DNA of 64,000 bases from Epiperipatus broadwayi. Lineage: Eukaryota; Animalia; Onychophora. Numbering within the stretch: the first letter of the stretch is position 1; each line of letters starts with the position of its first letter. The stretch covers positions 15,500,001-15,564,000 of the forward strand of contig JAQFVV010000010.1 in NCBI GenBank assembly GCA_028023455.1. Direction: 5' to 3'. The position numbers and the translations under genes were made by a program. Positions 53,252 through 64,000 of the stretch are shown here, piece after piece. The notes beneath the pieces were generated by a model that was not told where the DNA came from, ran no database searches, and worked only from the letters and a program-made list of their open reading frames with translations.

Positions 53252-53583
53252 AGCCACTAAGCATCACATGATCACCATTCTTTATGCTTACATAAGCTGT
53301 TTACACAGAAGCAAAACTATCAATACAGTAGCACCACTCAATGCAAGCCAGAGTAATCAATGGATGCAAAAAGGTTTGTCCATAAAATCCCTATTGCCTA
53401 CTTATCTAATATCTCAGATTCAAGGCTCCTCACTGATGAAAATCACAAGCTAGAAACAAGTCTGGGGATATTGGATGAGTAGGCACTAAATAGGGATTTT
53501 ATGCATGAACCTTCCTGCATTCATTGATTACTCCAGCCTGCATTGAGTGGCGCTACAGTATTGACAGTTTTGCTTCTGTGTAA
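53252..53583 (-). mobile_element. Centrally deleted copy of family-1 fold-back with tail
   Basis: Tail 53252-53300, palindrome 53301-53583; the sequence jumps from the left arm to the right arm of the 28.4-kb copy. Confidence 0.88.
53418..53476 (+). ncRNA. Hammerhead motif, family 1 (partly decayed)
   Basis: AUUCAA GGC UCCUCA CUGAUGA A AAU-CACAA-GCU A GAAA CAAGUC/UGGGG AUA UUGGAU; one helix II mismatch and a broken helix III palindrome. Confidence 0.6.
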
Positions 53584-53710
53584 TCCCTTATAAAAGGAAG
53601 TTAGTTCATCAGCCTATCATATTTGGGTAATTATTAGCATTAGTTAAAATAGACAGCATGATGTGAAGTCCTATAATGATAGTTATTTGCCAGTCACACA
53701 TATTTTCCTT

Positions 53711-53740
53711 AAACCACTAAACATCACATGATCACCATTT
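53711..53740 (-). repeat. Solo family-1 tail
   Basis: aaaccactaaacatcacatgatcaccattt. Confidence 0.8.
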
Positions 53741-54694
53741 AAACTAATGCTAATTTTAATAAATTTTATTTTTTGTACTGTATAAATTATTTTCGGAAAT
53801 TTCATCAATGAATCATTACCAATTTAGACTATATTATTGCATATATAAATATATACAGACATACCTATGTGCATACATAATGTAATAGAATTTAAGATCT
53901 TTTTTTTTTGTATTGTAAATACACATTTTCTTGATTAATATATTACACATACTGCATAAAAAAAATGGTTGTTGATAATTTAATTTTTTTAGATTCAAAA
54001 TTTTTGATTTTGGAATTTTAAAGTACAGTAGTTGTTACTAACAACACAAGAAGCTATGATTAAAATGTTAATAACAATAATAATCATACAGCATGTTTGG
54101 CTTCTGTTTTAACTGGCCAATTTTAATAATCATGATTAAACAGTAGAATTGAACTCTCATTTCTACGGAGTCTTGACTGTCTTTTTCTAAACGATGTCTA
54201 GACTGAAAATCTGTATTTAATCTATAAGAGCCAATAATTGCTCTTATTTATATAATAATTATATAAACAATTGGTCAATAAAAATTAAATCAAAAGAGAT
54301 CGTTGGATGCACTAATTAACAAATTCTCATGTAACATATTTAAAGTTTATATTATTGTGGCACACATGTCTATTTTGTACTTATAGCCTTATATATATAA
54401 AAAAATACAAAAAAAAAAGCTTCTCAAGAAACTTTTTATTATTTATGTTTTATTTTAATCCAATGTCGACTTGATTTTTTTTGAGGTGCTTTTATGAAGT
54501 CCTGTCCAAAATATGGCTGCAAGGCCTTAACAATTTTTATGCTGCCATTCTGTAAATTAAATATATATATAAACATATTATTGATAAAGACTGCATTATA
54601 AATTTTGAAGTTAATTATCTGTAAACAGTAAAAAAGAAGCAAAAATAAAAACCAAACAAAAAATACATTTCATTTAAAACATTTTAAATATTAC

Positions 54695-54848
54695 ATCACA
54701 TGATCACCATTATTTATGCTTACACAAGCTGTTTAAACAGAGACTCCATATAGTAGGGCCACTTAGTGCAAGCCAAACCTTCTTGCATCCATTGATTACT
54801 CTGGCTTGCACTGAGGGAAGCTAATATATGGAGAGTTTAGCCTCTTTG
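54695..54848 (-). mobile_element. Minimal family-1 fold-back derivative (HHR deleted)
   Basis: Tail plus short arms; 15-bp direct repeat CATTTTAAATATTAC at 54680-54694 and 54849-54863. Confidence 0.88.
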
Positions 54849-55248
54849 CATTTTAAATATTACTGTAGCATTTTTTTTAAAGTATGTAATAAAGTTTACC
54901 AATGGCTTTTGAGTAGAAAAGTTTAGCAATCATTTGTAATACACCTATTGCATAAAATCATTTTATTATAAATTTCGTAGACATAATCTGGATTTAAATC
55001 CACAAATTTACTCTAAAAGATTTTAAGAGAAGGAAAAAAACTAATAAGTTTACTTTCAATAAATTATTGCTTTAATCAAGTTCACCACAAATTATATCTT
55101 TTTAAAAGAAAGTCAAACATTTATTTTAAAAAGACAATAGTTCCTTCTAAATTGCTTTTTTAGTTTATTTTGTTTATAAAGATTATTTACAACAAATTTT
55201 ATTTTCTATTCCATTGTTATTTCTATTTGATGATCTGTATATATATAT

Positions 55249-56391
55249 TGAAGCAGTTCAATCTTAGCCCAAGATTGAGCTTCATGGTCCTATCTACTAA
55301 CCCATGTTTAAACTTTAGATCCCATCCTGCTCCTTTAGTCGTCTATATATATATATTTCAGATGCTCATCTAAAAGTTATAAAATTTGAACTTTTCAATA
55401 ACATTTTTTATTATTCTTTTTTATTAAAATACATAGGTGCAGCTCAAATATATATATATAATAGAGGAGCAAATATACTAACAAAATATTATTTATAAAT
55501 ATTTTATTGTACGTTATTTATAAAACTTTTTCTTTTTAAATTGTTTTTTTTTTCTATTAAATTGAATATTTTGTAAAATCCAAGATGGAAGATGCAACTG
55601 TTAATCATCCAAAAATAATTAAAGGGGTGGAAATATATTGTTTTAATCTTGAAAAAAAAATTTTAATTAAGGTTTTACTGAAAATAAAATGGTGAATGGG
55701 ATGAATAAATTTTACTTTTGTTATAAACATTTTTGTCAAATCCCTTTCCAATCTGGAAGTAGATTTGAATATATTTTTGGAATGTTATATAATGTTTGCA
55801 TCTTCAAAAACAATGCACAAAGAAAACTTAAGAGTTTGTTAGATAGGAGATTAGAGTTTAAGCTTGAACTAAGAAATTAAAAGCATTCCACAAATATCTG
55901 TGTGGGGTATAAAATAGGCTAATTTTGACCACCAAGAGATTAGTTACTACTGAGAGAACTGTGTTGCCATCAATACTCCACACAACTTTAAAATCTAGGA
56001 TAATGAGGGAGTAGATGCCAATCATATTTCTGACTTTTGTGGGTCTTTTACCCGCTATTGTACCATCTTGCGGCTGCTCTAGAATGAAGTGAAGGCCAAC
56101 CTGAGAACTTTGGAATGCTGATCAGAAGCTTGCAGTTACCTAAGAATTTGCATGGGTCTTTTCAATTGCCATGCAATGAGCTGGACTTTTTAAAATGGAC
56201 TCTTAAGAAATATGCAAGGTAAATCAGTATCTCATGCCGCAACCCAAAAGTAAAGCTAGTCTAATTAATCTCAAACATTATTATCAAGTCTTATCCTAAT
56301 GTATTATTTAACTTTACTTCTAATATATAAATGTAAATTGGTCTCAAATGATTTTTTTATCTAATCTCTCTCATATGCTCTAACTTTCTTT
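55249..56391. repeat. Unclassified dispersed repeat, copy 1 (at least 1.1 kb)
   Basis: Collinear with 59050-59330 plus 63141-64000; no recognisable protein motif. Confidence 0.85.
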
Positions 56392-59330
56392 AACTTTGGT
56401 GCGGTCATTTATTTATATGTATTTATTACTTTATTTTATATATTTGTTTTAGTTATTATTAATATGCCAATGTCAAGCAATCTGATGAGCTGAATTTTTA
56501 AATTTTTTCTTTCCTCTTTTTTTAAGTAAACCCCCATGAATTAAGATTATTAATGTCCCCTTAAAATATAATGTATGATTAATTAATACGCTTGCCAGAT
56601 TGTTTTTATAAATCAACATTTTATGTTGGTTTTTATTATAAAATTGTTATTTGTTCAACTCCAAATAGGATAAAGTAATTCTAACCGGGGTGAATCCAGA
56701 ACTTAGGCTAATTAATGCTCTGAAAGCTTATTTATTTTATAAATGTTATTTATTCAATTCTGAAATGGTAACCTATTAATTGTTTTCTATAACTGCTAGC
56801 TTTCTTTTATTTTTCCATACTCTTAAAACATATGCTTAGATATTCTCAGTTATTGTAAAATCCATGAAGGTGGGATTAATTTATTTTAAATACCAGAACA
56901 GGAGGGGGTAAAATCTTAATATATTTATTTTATTTAAAGGAAATCTTCTCTTTATATATATATATATTATATAGCGGCACAACATATTATTTGTAGAAAT
57001 TATAGCATTAAAACAAAGGGGTCATTTATTTTTAAAGCAGTAAATCTTATTCAATGTCATTAGTGATATTTATCTGTACTGCATTACTGACATTTGGCCT
57101 ATCTTCATGAATATATATATATATTACATGCTTCTAATCTGGGGGTTGTGACAAGATCGAACACATAGATTTCTTCTCATGTCTTGTCCTGTGGGTAGTT
57201 GAGCTTCCCAGGACCATCTTTTTCGTATAAAAAGGCCTCTAGCAATGATTCCAGTACGCCTGACACCCACTATGCCTATCCACTTTTCTCTAAGCACTGC
57301 CCTAAGAAGGGGGTCTTAGACTTTGGTTTTCATCCAAAAGCATGACTTTTTCCTGTTATTTTTATGCCACTATGTCAGTACTGCCACATTCATATTATTA
57401 TTTCTTTTGCTTATGACCTAATTTTAGTGCTGTAATATTAAAATTGTACTCTGCTCAAATATATATGTAAATTCCAAATATTACTAGCTAGATTCATTAC
57501 TAATATTATTTTAGTTTTATTATACAATCCCACCATCGTAATTTATTATTTCTGTATTTAAGAGTATCTATCTGCCTTGGAGAAAATCAAGCGTTCTGTG
57601 TTTTAAATGCTAATTAAAAGAATCTTCAATAAATATTTTGTCATATAACTAAATGTAATTTTCAAATGTGTTGACTTATTTCACGACAGTAATGGCGTGA
57701 AAATAGTTTATATTATATCTGTAATGAATCCCAGAATGCTCCCCAAAGTCATATTCTAGTCACGGATGTTTCAGAACCGTAAATCAAAGTGTTAATGGCA
57801 ATCTTATGTAATCTTTTTAATAATTTATTGGCATCTTAATACTGTACCCACCAAAGATGTGTGTTAATGTATATATACTATTTAATTGATAAAGAGCATA
57901 TGAGAATAGTTCATGTGAATTTCATTATGTAATTATCTATCGTTTGGTAGATCGCTTGCTCATTTATGCACATACTAATGTATGCAATTAATTCATAATG
58001 TATATAATTAATTCATTATATTAAACTATTTTTATTGTCTAAACTTATTTGAGTCATTCAAATTCTTTTTTCTCCATGTCCACAAGTACAATCATACGTA
58101 TGCCTATTGTAATTAAGTTATAACATAGTTAATATTGTCTCATTGTCTTTTCCACTCTGCTAGTGGGCCGGATTAGAATAAATTCTTGTGTGCCATCATT
58201 ATGTTATTCATTAGGTGTTTGATCTGGGACTTGGGGAAGGGGTTCAAATCGAGGTTGGTCCCTGACCTAAATCTCAGGCTTGACTGGGTTTGAAACATGT
58301 TTCATTGAGTTCTGGCTCATGTTAGATGGATCAACATGTTTTGAGCAGAGTATAAAATTTTTTTTCCCAGGCTTGGCTTCCCAATGTGGGACTTCGATAT
58401 ATAAACCCACATACCTGAGTCATATATAAACTTTTTTTTGTCATTCAGATATATATGAAAAATGTTCAAATAATTCATAAATCATTGATCACTCTGTGTT
58501 GGCTGGTGCCCTTAATAAAAACAAAATTTTCCAAAACAGTAGTAGATTCAAATAATAAAGCATTGGAAGTGGAGGATTTGAACTCAGATAATTAAGAGCA
58601 AACATTTTTTTGACTTAATGCTATAATGATTTAATGTAAAACTTTAAACATGTAATAACCAGACTATGGGTTTTCTTTTTCAGATGCAGGGATGCGACCA
58701 AGAGAAACCAAAAGGAGAAATAGCTAGATTAGTATAGTAGGAATAAAATAATAAATAAAATCTTAAACATTTTTTTTCCAGCAAGCAAAGGTAAAGTTTC
58801 AGCAAAGCTATAGTTGGGCAGAGATATAGAAAGTGGGAGAGCAGTGGTTGTTTAAGCAGGAGATGATTTCTTTTTTAAAAAAGAGAGGAAATGACAGAAC
58901 ACGAACTCAGCATAAAAAAAAGAAATGTACATAAAATTTTAAATTGATTTTTTTTTTCATTGTTTCTTTTGGTCATTACCTGAGAACTTCTAGTCAAGGC
59001 GTTTTTTTATCAATTTTTTGTTTTTCGTTTCATTATATGTGGGGAAGTATGAAGCAGTCAATCAGCCCAAGATTGAGCTTCATAGTCCTATCTATTAACC
59101 CGTGCTTAAACCTTAGATCCCATCCCACTCCTTTAGTCATGTATATATATATATATTTGAGATGCACGCCTAAAAGTTATAAAATTTTAAAAATTCAATA
59201 ACATTTTTTTTATTCTTTTTTATTAAAATACATAGATGCGGCTCAGATATATATATAATACAGGAGCAAATATATTAACAAAATATTAGTTTTATAAATA
59301 TTTTATTATACGTTATTTATAAAACTTTTT

Positions 59331-62300
59331 GGTTCTCGTAGAATAGCTGCTAAATCCCACTCGATGGCGCACTTTTCATGCTAAAATTATAAAATATGAT
59401 CATTCACGGGCCATTAATTATAATCATTTTGATGTGTTTTTTGTCTTTTTTAAATATTACTTAATTTTAAATATTATTTTTTATTAACGTATACAAATTA
59501 AATGATAATAATAAATGTAAAATAAAATAAACATATTACAATTTGATTTGTCTTTTTTAGTTTTCTTTTTATTAGAAAAAATCAATTTTCTATCGGAGAT
59601 TTTTTCTATCGAAGATTTTGTTTACCACTAGTTTTTATTTCAAATAGAAGGATAACTAAAAGTAAAACTTGTTACGTTTAGGGTTAGGATTAGGGTTAGC
59701 TTTAGGGTTAGGATTAGAGTTAGTTTTAGGATTAGCTATAGGGTTAATTTAGGGTTAGTTTTAGGGTTAGGTTTACAGTTAAAATAAAAAATATCAAAAT
59801 CGTATTTTTGTAAATATTTTTTTTTACTAACATCTATAAAATAAATGATAACAATAAACGTAAACTATATTCAACAAAGAATAACAGTAGTCTGAGAAAA
59901 GAAAGAAACTAAAACTTTTTTAAACAACAAATATATATATAATGTTTATAATATATGCTTTTTATGACATTTAAAAAAAGTGTACAATTAATTGTACTTT
60001 TCTTACTGGATATTTTTGTGTTAATGCTTTTTTTTATTTCAAAAATATACACACTGTACAATCTTAGAATGTCCCGTGGAATGTTACGAACAGTACGTTA
60101 CTTGACTCATTACCTAATTCCAAATAACTTTATTCATATATCTCGTCAACATTTACTACTTAAAACTTCAATACACTACGGTGTAAAAAATCTGTTAATT
60201 ATTACTTTACAAAATCTGAACATTTCAATACTTTAAAATAAAAAAAAATCCAATGAAAACAACATTTCCATCAAATTCAAAAAAACACACCCTCTCTTCA
60301 AGCTGTAATCATTTTATAAACTGTGCGAATTTGCAAAATGTATTTGCTGCATAAAAACATACATGCTGTACTGCGACGCGACATAGTGAAGCAGTCGGAT
60401 CTGAGTTCGATCCTAGCTTCATGTTAGTTACCCTAATACTAACCTTAAATTTCCGATGCAATGGGGCTTTATACGTTCAATCCACGCTAATTTCCATAAT
60501 GAATAATTTATTTCAAATGTGTATTAAAATCAATTAGTTTCAGTTTAAAATTGAGCAATTCTCTTAATAAATTCATGATAAAATATTCATGAATTTATAT
60601 ATATTACAATTGCGTGGATTGTGCGTATATATTTGTAAATATTTAAATATATATAATTTTCGAAAGTTTCATTGCGTCGGGAATACTTGTTTTTTTTTTG
60701 TACTTTTAAATAATTTGTAAAGTTTTGCGAATAAAAGCTACATTCCTTCCATGGGCTTTCAAATTCTCAATAAAACAACAGTAAAGTTTTATTAATTAAA
60801 AAAAGATAAGAATTCAATTTTTAATTAAAATCATTTCAGACTTTAAGAATTCATTTTCTAATTAGAAAAGGAATTCACAAATTAGTTTGAAAGCTTATCG
60901 AAGGAATGTTTTGGAAAACAACTAATTATAAGAAAAAACCAGATTGATAACAAAATGAGCGCTAGCCGGAGGCATCAGGAAACAGTAGATATATAGCCCT
61001 GAAAAGTAAAGAAGGGGCTAGTGAGTTTTTGATTGTAGAGTAGTGCAGTGAACTCTGTGCATATTAATTTGTTTTTCATCATGATAGAGGGCTAGAAAAT
61101 CAGGGATCTGGCTGCGGTTCCTAAAGTCTCGAGGAATCTTCACTGGAGCTGCTGAACCGTTTTCCGGATCGATAATTCTGCTAAAATAATGAAAGCTACT
61201 AAAATACTACTCCAGTAGTTAACCAATGATGCCTACGTTTTCAACAACTTGGAGGTGTAACTTAAGGACCAGCGGAAGGGGTAATATGAACGTTAAACTT
61301 TCTGGCCAGTTCGAACTTTATTTTATACTCCTCCTATTTAAGAGCTCTTTATTATTTAATGTAAATCTTTATAAAATGCTAATATAAATTTATATTGTAA
61401 TTCTTTCAATCTCTAGTCTTTAAACTTTTTCTTTTCTTACCTGGCGGTTCGTTTAATATATACATGTTGGTGTGCTTTATTAATGTCGTATTTAAAAATT
61501 ATATGCCAATAATCTTTCGACTCGATGAGCCCTTTGATTCCATTTGCCTCACGCAAATAATATAACATTAATTTCCAATAGTAATTCTCGCCCATTAGAA
61601 CTAAATTTGAAAGTTCTATTAATCATCGAGTCGAAAGAAAATATTACATGTTTATTATTTGATAATTGGCAAATAATAAACTATTAGCTTCATTTTTCAC
61701 CTATGTCCCCAGCTACTAAGTTACAATTGTTTATATACTCACAAAATGTTATAATATTGATTTCTTGTTCTACTAATATATATTTATTCGAATATAACCT
61801 TAAATGTTTTTATTGCCAAAAAGGGTCGATAAAGGGCTAAATGTATTTTAATTCCATTTTTGTTATTTTAAATTGATATTCAGGAAGGGCACGAATATTA
61901 AGGCATAATTAAGATAGTTTATAAATGTTTTCAAAATAGTTCGATAAAGCTCGTTTGACTTTAATTAATTGGTCAAGTCATCACGTAGAGCATTCTACAT
62001 GGGTTTTATTTTTCAACGATGACTATCAAGTCATCATCATCAAATGTTGCTGACGTAGGGCCATCTTCCGCTCCGTTAGGCTGGTCGGTGATCATATTTT
62101 TCGCATTTAAATTTCTCGAGGAAGAAAATACTTCCTTTCCGTTCCATTAGTCAAAGGGCGTAAGACTTGCCAAATGCAAGCCGCCATAGGACTTCGACCA
62201 TCGACTAGCAATCATCTTTCAATTTTACTCACTGCCTTGTAATTCGTCAGTACCATTGCGTCCTTGTTTCAGTAAAACCCGCTCCGTGCTCGTAATTCGT

Positions 62301-63140
62301 GATGGAGTGATTTAAATTAAAGTCGAACCAATCCTCAAGTATATTTCGTTTAAATCAGTTCTCAAATCAAGATTAAAGTTATGCCTTGAAATACGTTTTG
62401 CTCTTCAGGAATAGATTTCCGAATGTGGGAATAAATCTCACATTCCACCGTAATAAAAGTAGAATACCCATTTCCGTTCTTAATAAATACCTTTATCTGC
62501 CCTTATATTTCTCGTTGGGGGCATAGACATAGAACTCCATGTTGCGTAATACTGGTTGGCATATGATAAGGACCGCCATTCTTATTATATTTATAAATTC
62601 TTTTAAAGACTAGAGATCACTAATGCAATCTATATTTTCTTGAACCAAACAAATTATTATTATTATTAAATATTTTATAACATACTTGGTTTCTTAGTTC
62701 ATCATCCTTTTTATAATTATTTAAATGTTAATACTCGCTGTCTGTGTTGGCAACCCGAACATACATATGATTTGATTTGATTTAAAAAGTATTCAAAGTA
62801 ATTAATTATTAGATATTCGTGTCAGTGCAAGGAGTCTCTAGTCATCACCAACCGTTGAGCTAGTTCTTGGCGCATAGCACTGTGCCGTCGATTTCTGCTA
62901 TCTGAGCTGTTGAGTTGGGTTTGAATTCAGTTTGGTTCAGCTGAGTTTGAATTCGATTTGACTTGCGGTGGTGGTGGATTTCGACCGGTACAATAGCGGC
63001 CTGCAATCTGTAGCACAACAAAAAGTTGTATTATAGAAAATGCAGGTTCGAAGGTGTCGGCCACGGAAACGGCATTTTTATGTGTTTTAGCACGAAAACA
63101 GCGCCATCCAGTGGGATATATCTGCTCATCGACGACAACC
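59331..63140. mobile_element. 3810-bp DNA transposon-like insertion with ~65-bp imperfect TIRs and 8-bp TSD
   Basis: Starts GGTTCTCGTAGAATAGCTGCTAAATCCCACTCGATGGCGC; the end reverse-complements to GGTTGTCGTCGATGAGCAGATATATCCCACTGGATGGCGC; TSD AACTTTTT at 59323-59330 and 63141-63148; the empty site is visible in copy 1 of the host repeat (~55520). Confidence 0.92.
59678..59772 (+). repeat. Degenerate telomere-like (TTAGGG/TTAGG) array inside the TIR element
   Basis: tttagggttaggattagggttagctttagggttagg... Confidence 0.85.
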
Positions 63141-64000
63141 AACTTTTTCTTTTTAAATTGTTTTTTTCCTATTAAATTGTACATTTTGTAAAACCCAAGA
63201 TGGAAGATGCAACCATTAATTGTTCAAAAATAATTAAAGGGGTAGAAATATAATATTGTTTTAATCTTGGGAATGAATTTTTAATTAAGGTTTTACTGAA
63301 AATAAAATGGGGAATGAGATTAATAGATTTTACTTTTGTTATAAACATTTTTGTCAAATCCCTTTCCAATCTAGAAATAGATTTGAATATATTTTTGGAA
63401 TGTTATCTAACGTTTGCATCTTCAAAAACAATGGACAAAGAAGACTTAAGAGTTTGTCAGATAGATTAGAGTTTAAACATGAACTAAGAAATGAAAAGCA
63501 TTCCACAAATACCAGTGTGGAGTATAAAATGGGCTCATTTTGACCACCAAGAGATTAGTTACTACTGAGAGAACTGTGTTGCCATCAATACTCCACACAA
63601 CTTTGAAATCTAAGATAATGAGGGAGTAGACGCCAATCATCATTCTGACCCTTGTGGGTCTTTTTCCTGCTACTGTATCATCTTGCTGCTGCTCTAGAAT
63701 GAAGTAAAGGCCGACCTCAGAACTTTGGAATGCTGATCAGCAGCTTGCTATTACCTAAGAACTTGCATGGGTCCTTTCAATTCCTATGCAACGAGCTGGA
63801 CTTTTTAAAATGGATTATTAAGAAATGTGCAAGATAAATCAGTATCTCATGCTGTAACCCAAAAGTAAAGCTACTCTAACTAATCTCAAACTCTATTATC
63901 AAGTCTTCTCCCAACATATTAGTTAACTTTACTTCTAATGTATAAATTGGTCTCAAATGATTTTTTTATCTAATCTCTCTCATATGCTCCAACTTTCTTT

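Larger units (their letters stand above)
59050..64000. repeat. Unclassified dispersed repeat, copy 2, interrupted by a TIR element and running off the window
   Basis: 59050-59330 and 63141-64000 join seamlessly by comparison with copy 1. Confidence 0.85.

Noticed and set aside
28435-54848. Recurring CATCACATGATCACCATT motif as a CRISPR-like or regularly spaced repeat
   Set aside because: Copies are kilobases apart with no regular spacers; it is the tail of a dispersed element.
55249-55290. Terminal hairpin of the unclassified repeat as an HHR or Helitron end
   Set aside because: No CUGANGA/GAAA pair in either copy and no CTRR terminus.
59678-59772. True telomere or chromosome fusion site
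   Set aside because: Short, degenerate, one orientation only, and internal to a TSD-flanked insertion.
152-63543. The supplied 60-141 aa ORFs as host genes
   Set aside because: Most are low-complexity F/I/L/K-rich products of AT-rich DNA. Those with signal (14616, 16422, 40775, 42178, 45383, 46364) are transposon fragments. The real exons are too short to appear in the track.

Overview
Very AT-rich, intron-rich eukaryotic (metazoan, probably arthropod) DNA; no prokaryotic features and no CRISPR. The only recognisable host gene is the 3' end of a PPM1A/PPM1B-type (PP2C) phosphatase on the + strand: exons 595-706 and 10252-10306, and a likely terminal exon at 23917-23940. Most of the rest is decayed mobile DNA: two Ty3/Gypsy LTR elements, a mariner relic, several LINE relics, a tRNA-derived SINE family, an unclassified repeat, and a 3.8-kb TIR element with an 8-bp TSD and a telomere-like array. 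The standout signal is at least four sequence-unrelated families of minimal type-I hammerhead ribozyme (HHR) motifs with palindromic helix III. One lies at the 3' end of a Penelope-like RT/GIY-YIG relic (15.9-16.7 kb). The others lie mostly in non-coding fold-back elements (28.4-29.3, 30.7-31.9, 48.7-49.0 and 53.3-53.6 kb), with one stand-alone relic at 35.7 kb. Several fold-backs have a one-sided tail and/or long 12-18 bp target duplications. In the 28.4-29.3 kb element one strand reads as one circularly permuted ~430-nt monomer, which suggests a retrozyme-like tandem or circular RNA template. All alignments, folds and translations were done by eye; ribozyme activity is untested.
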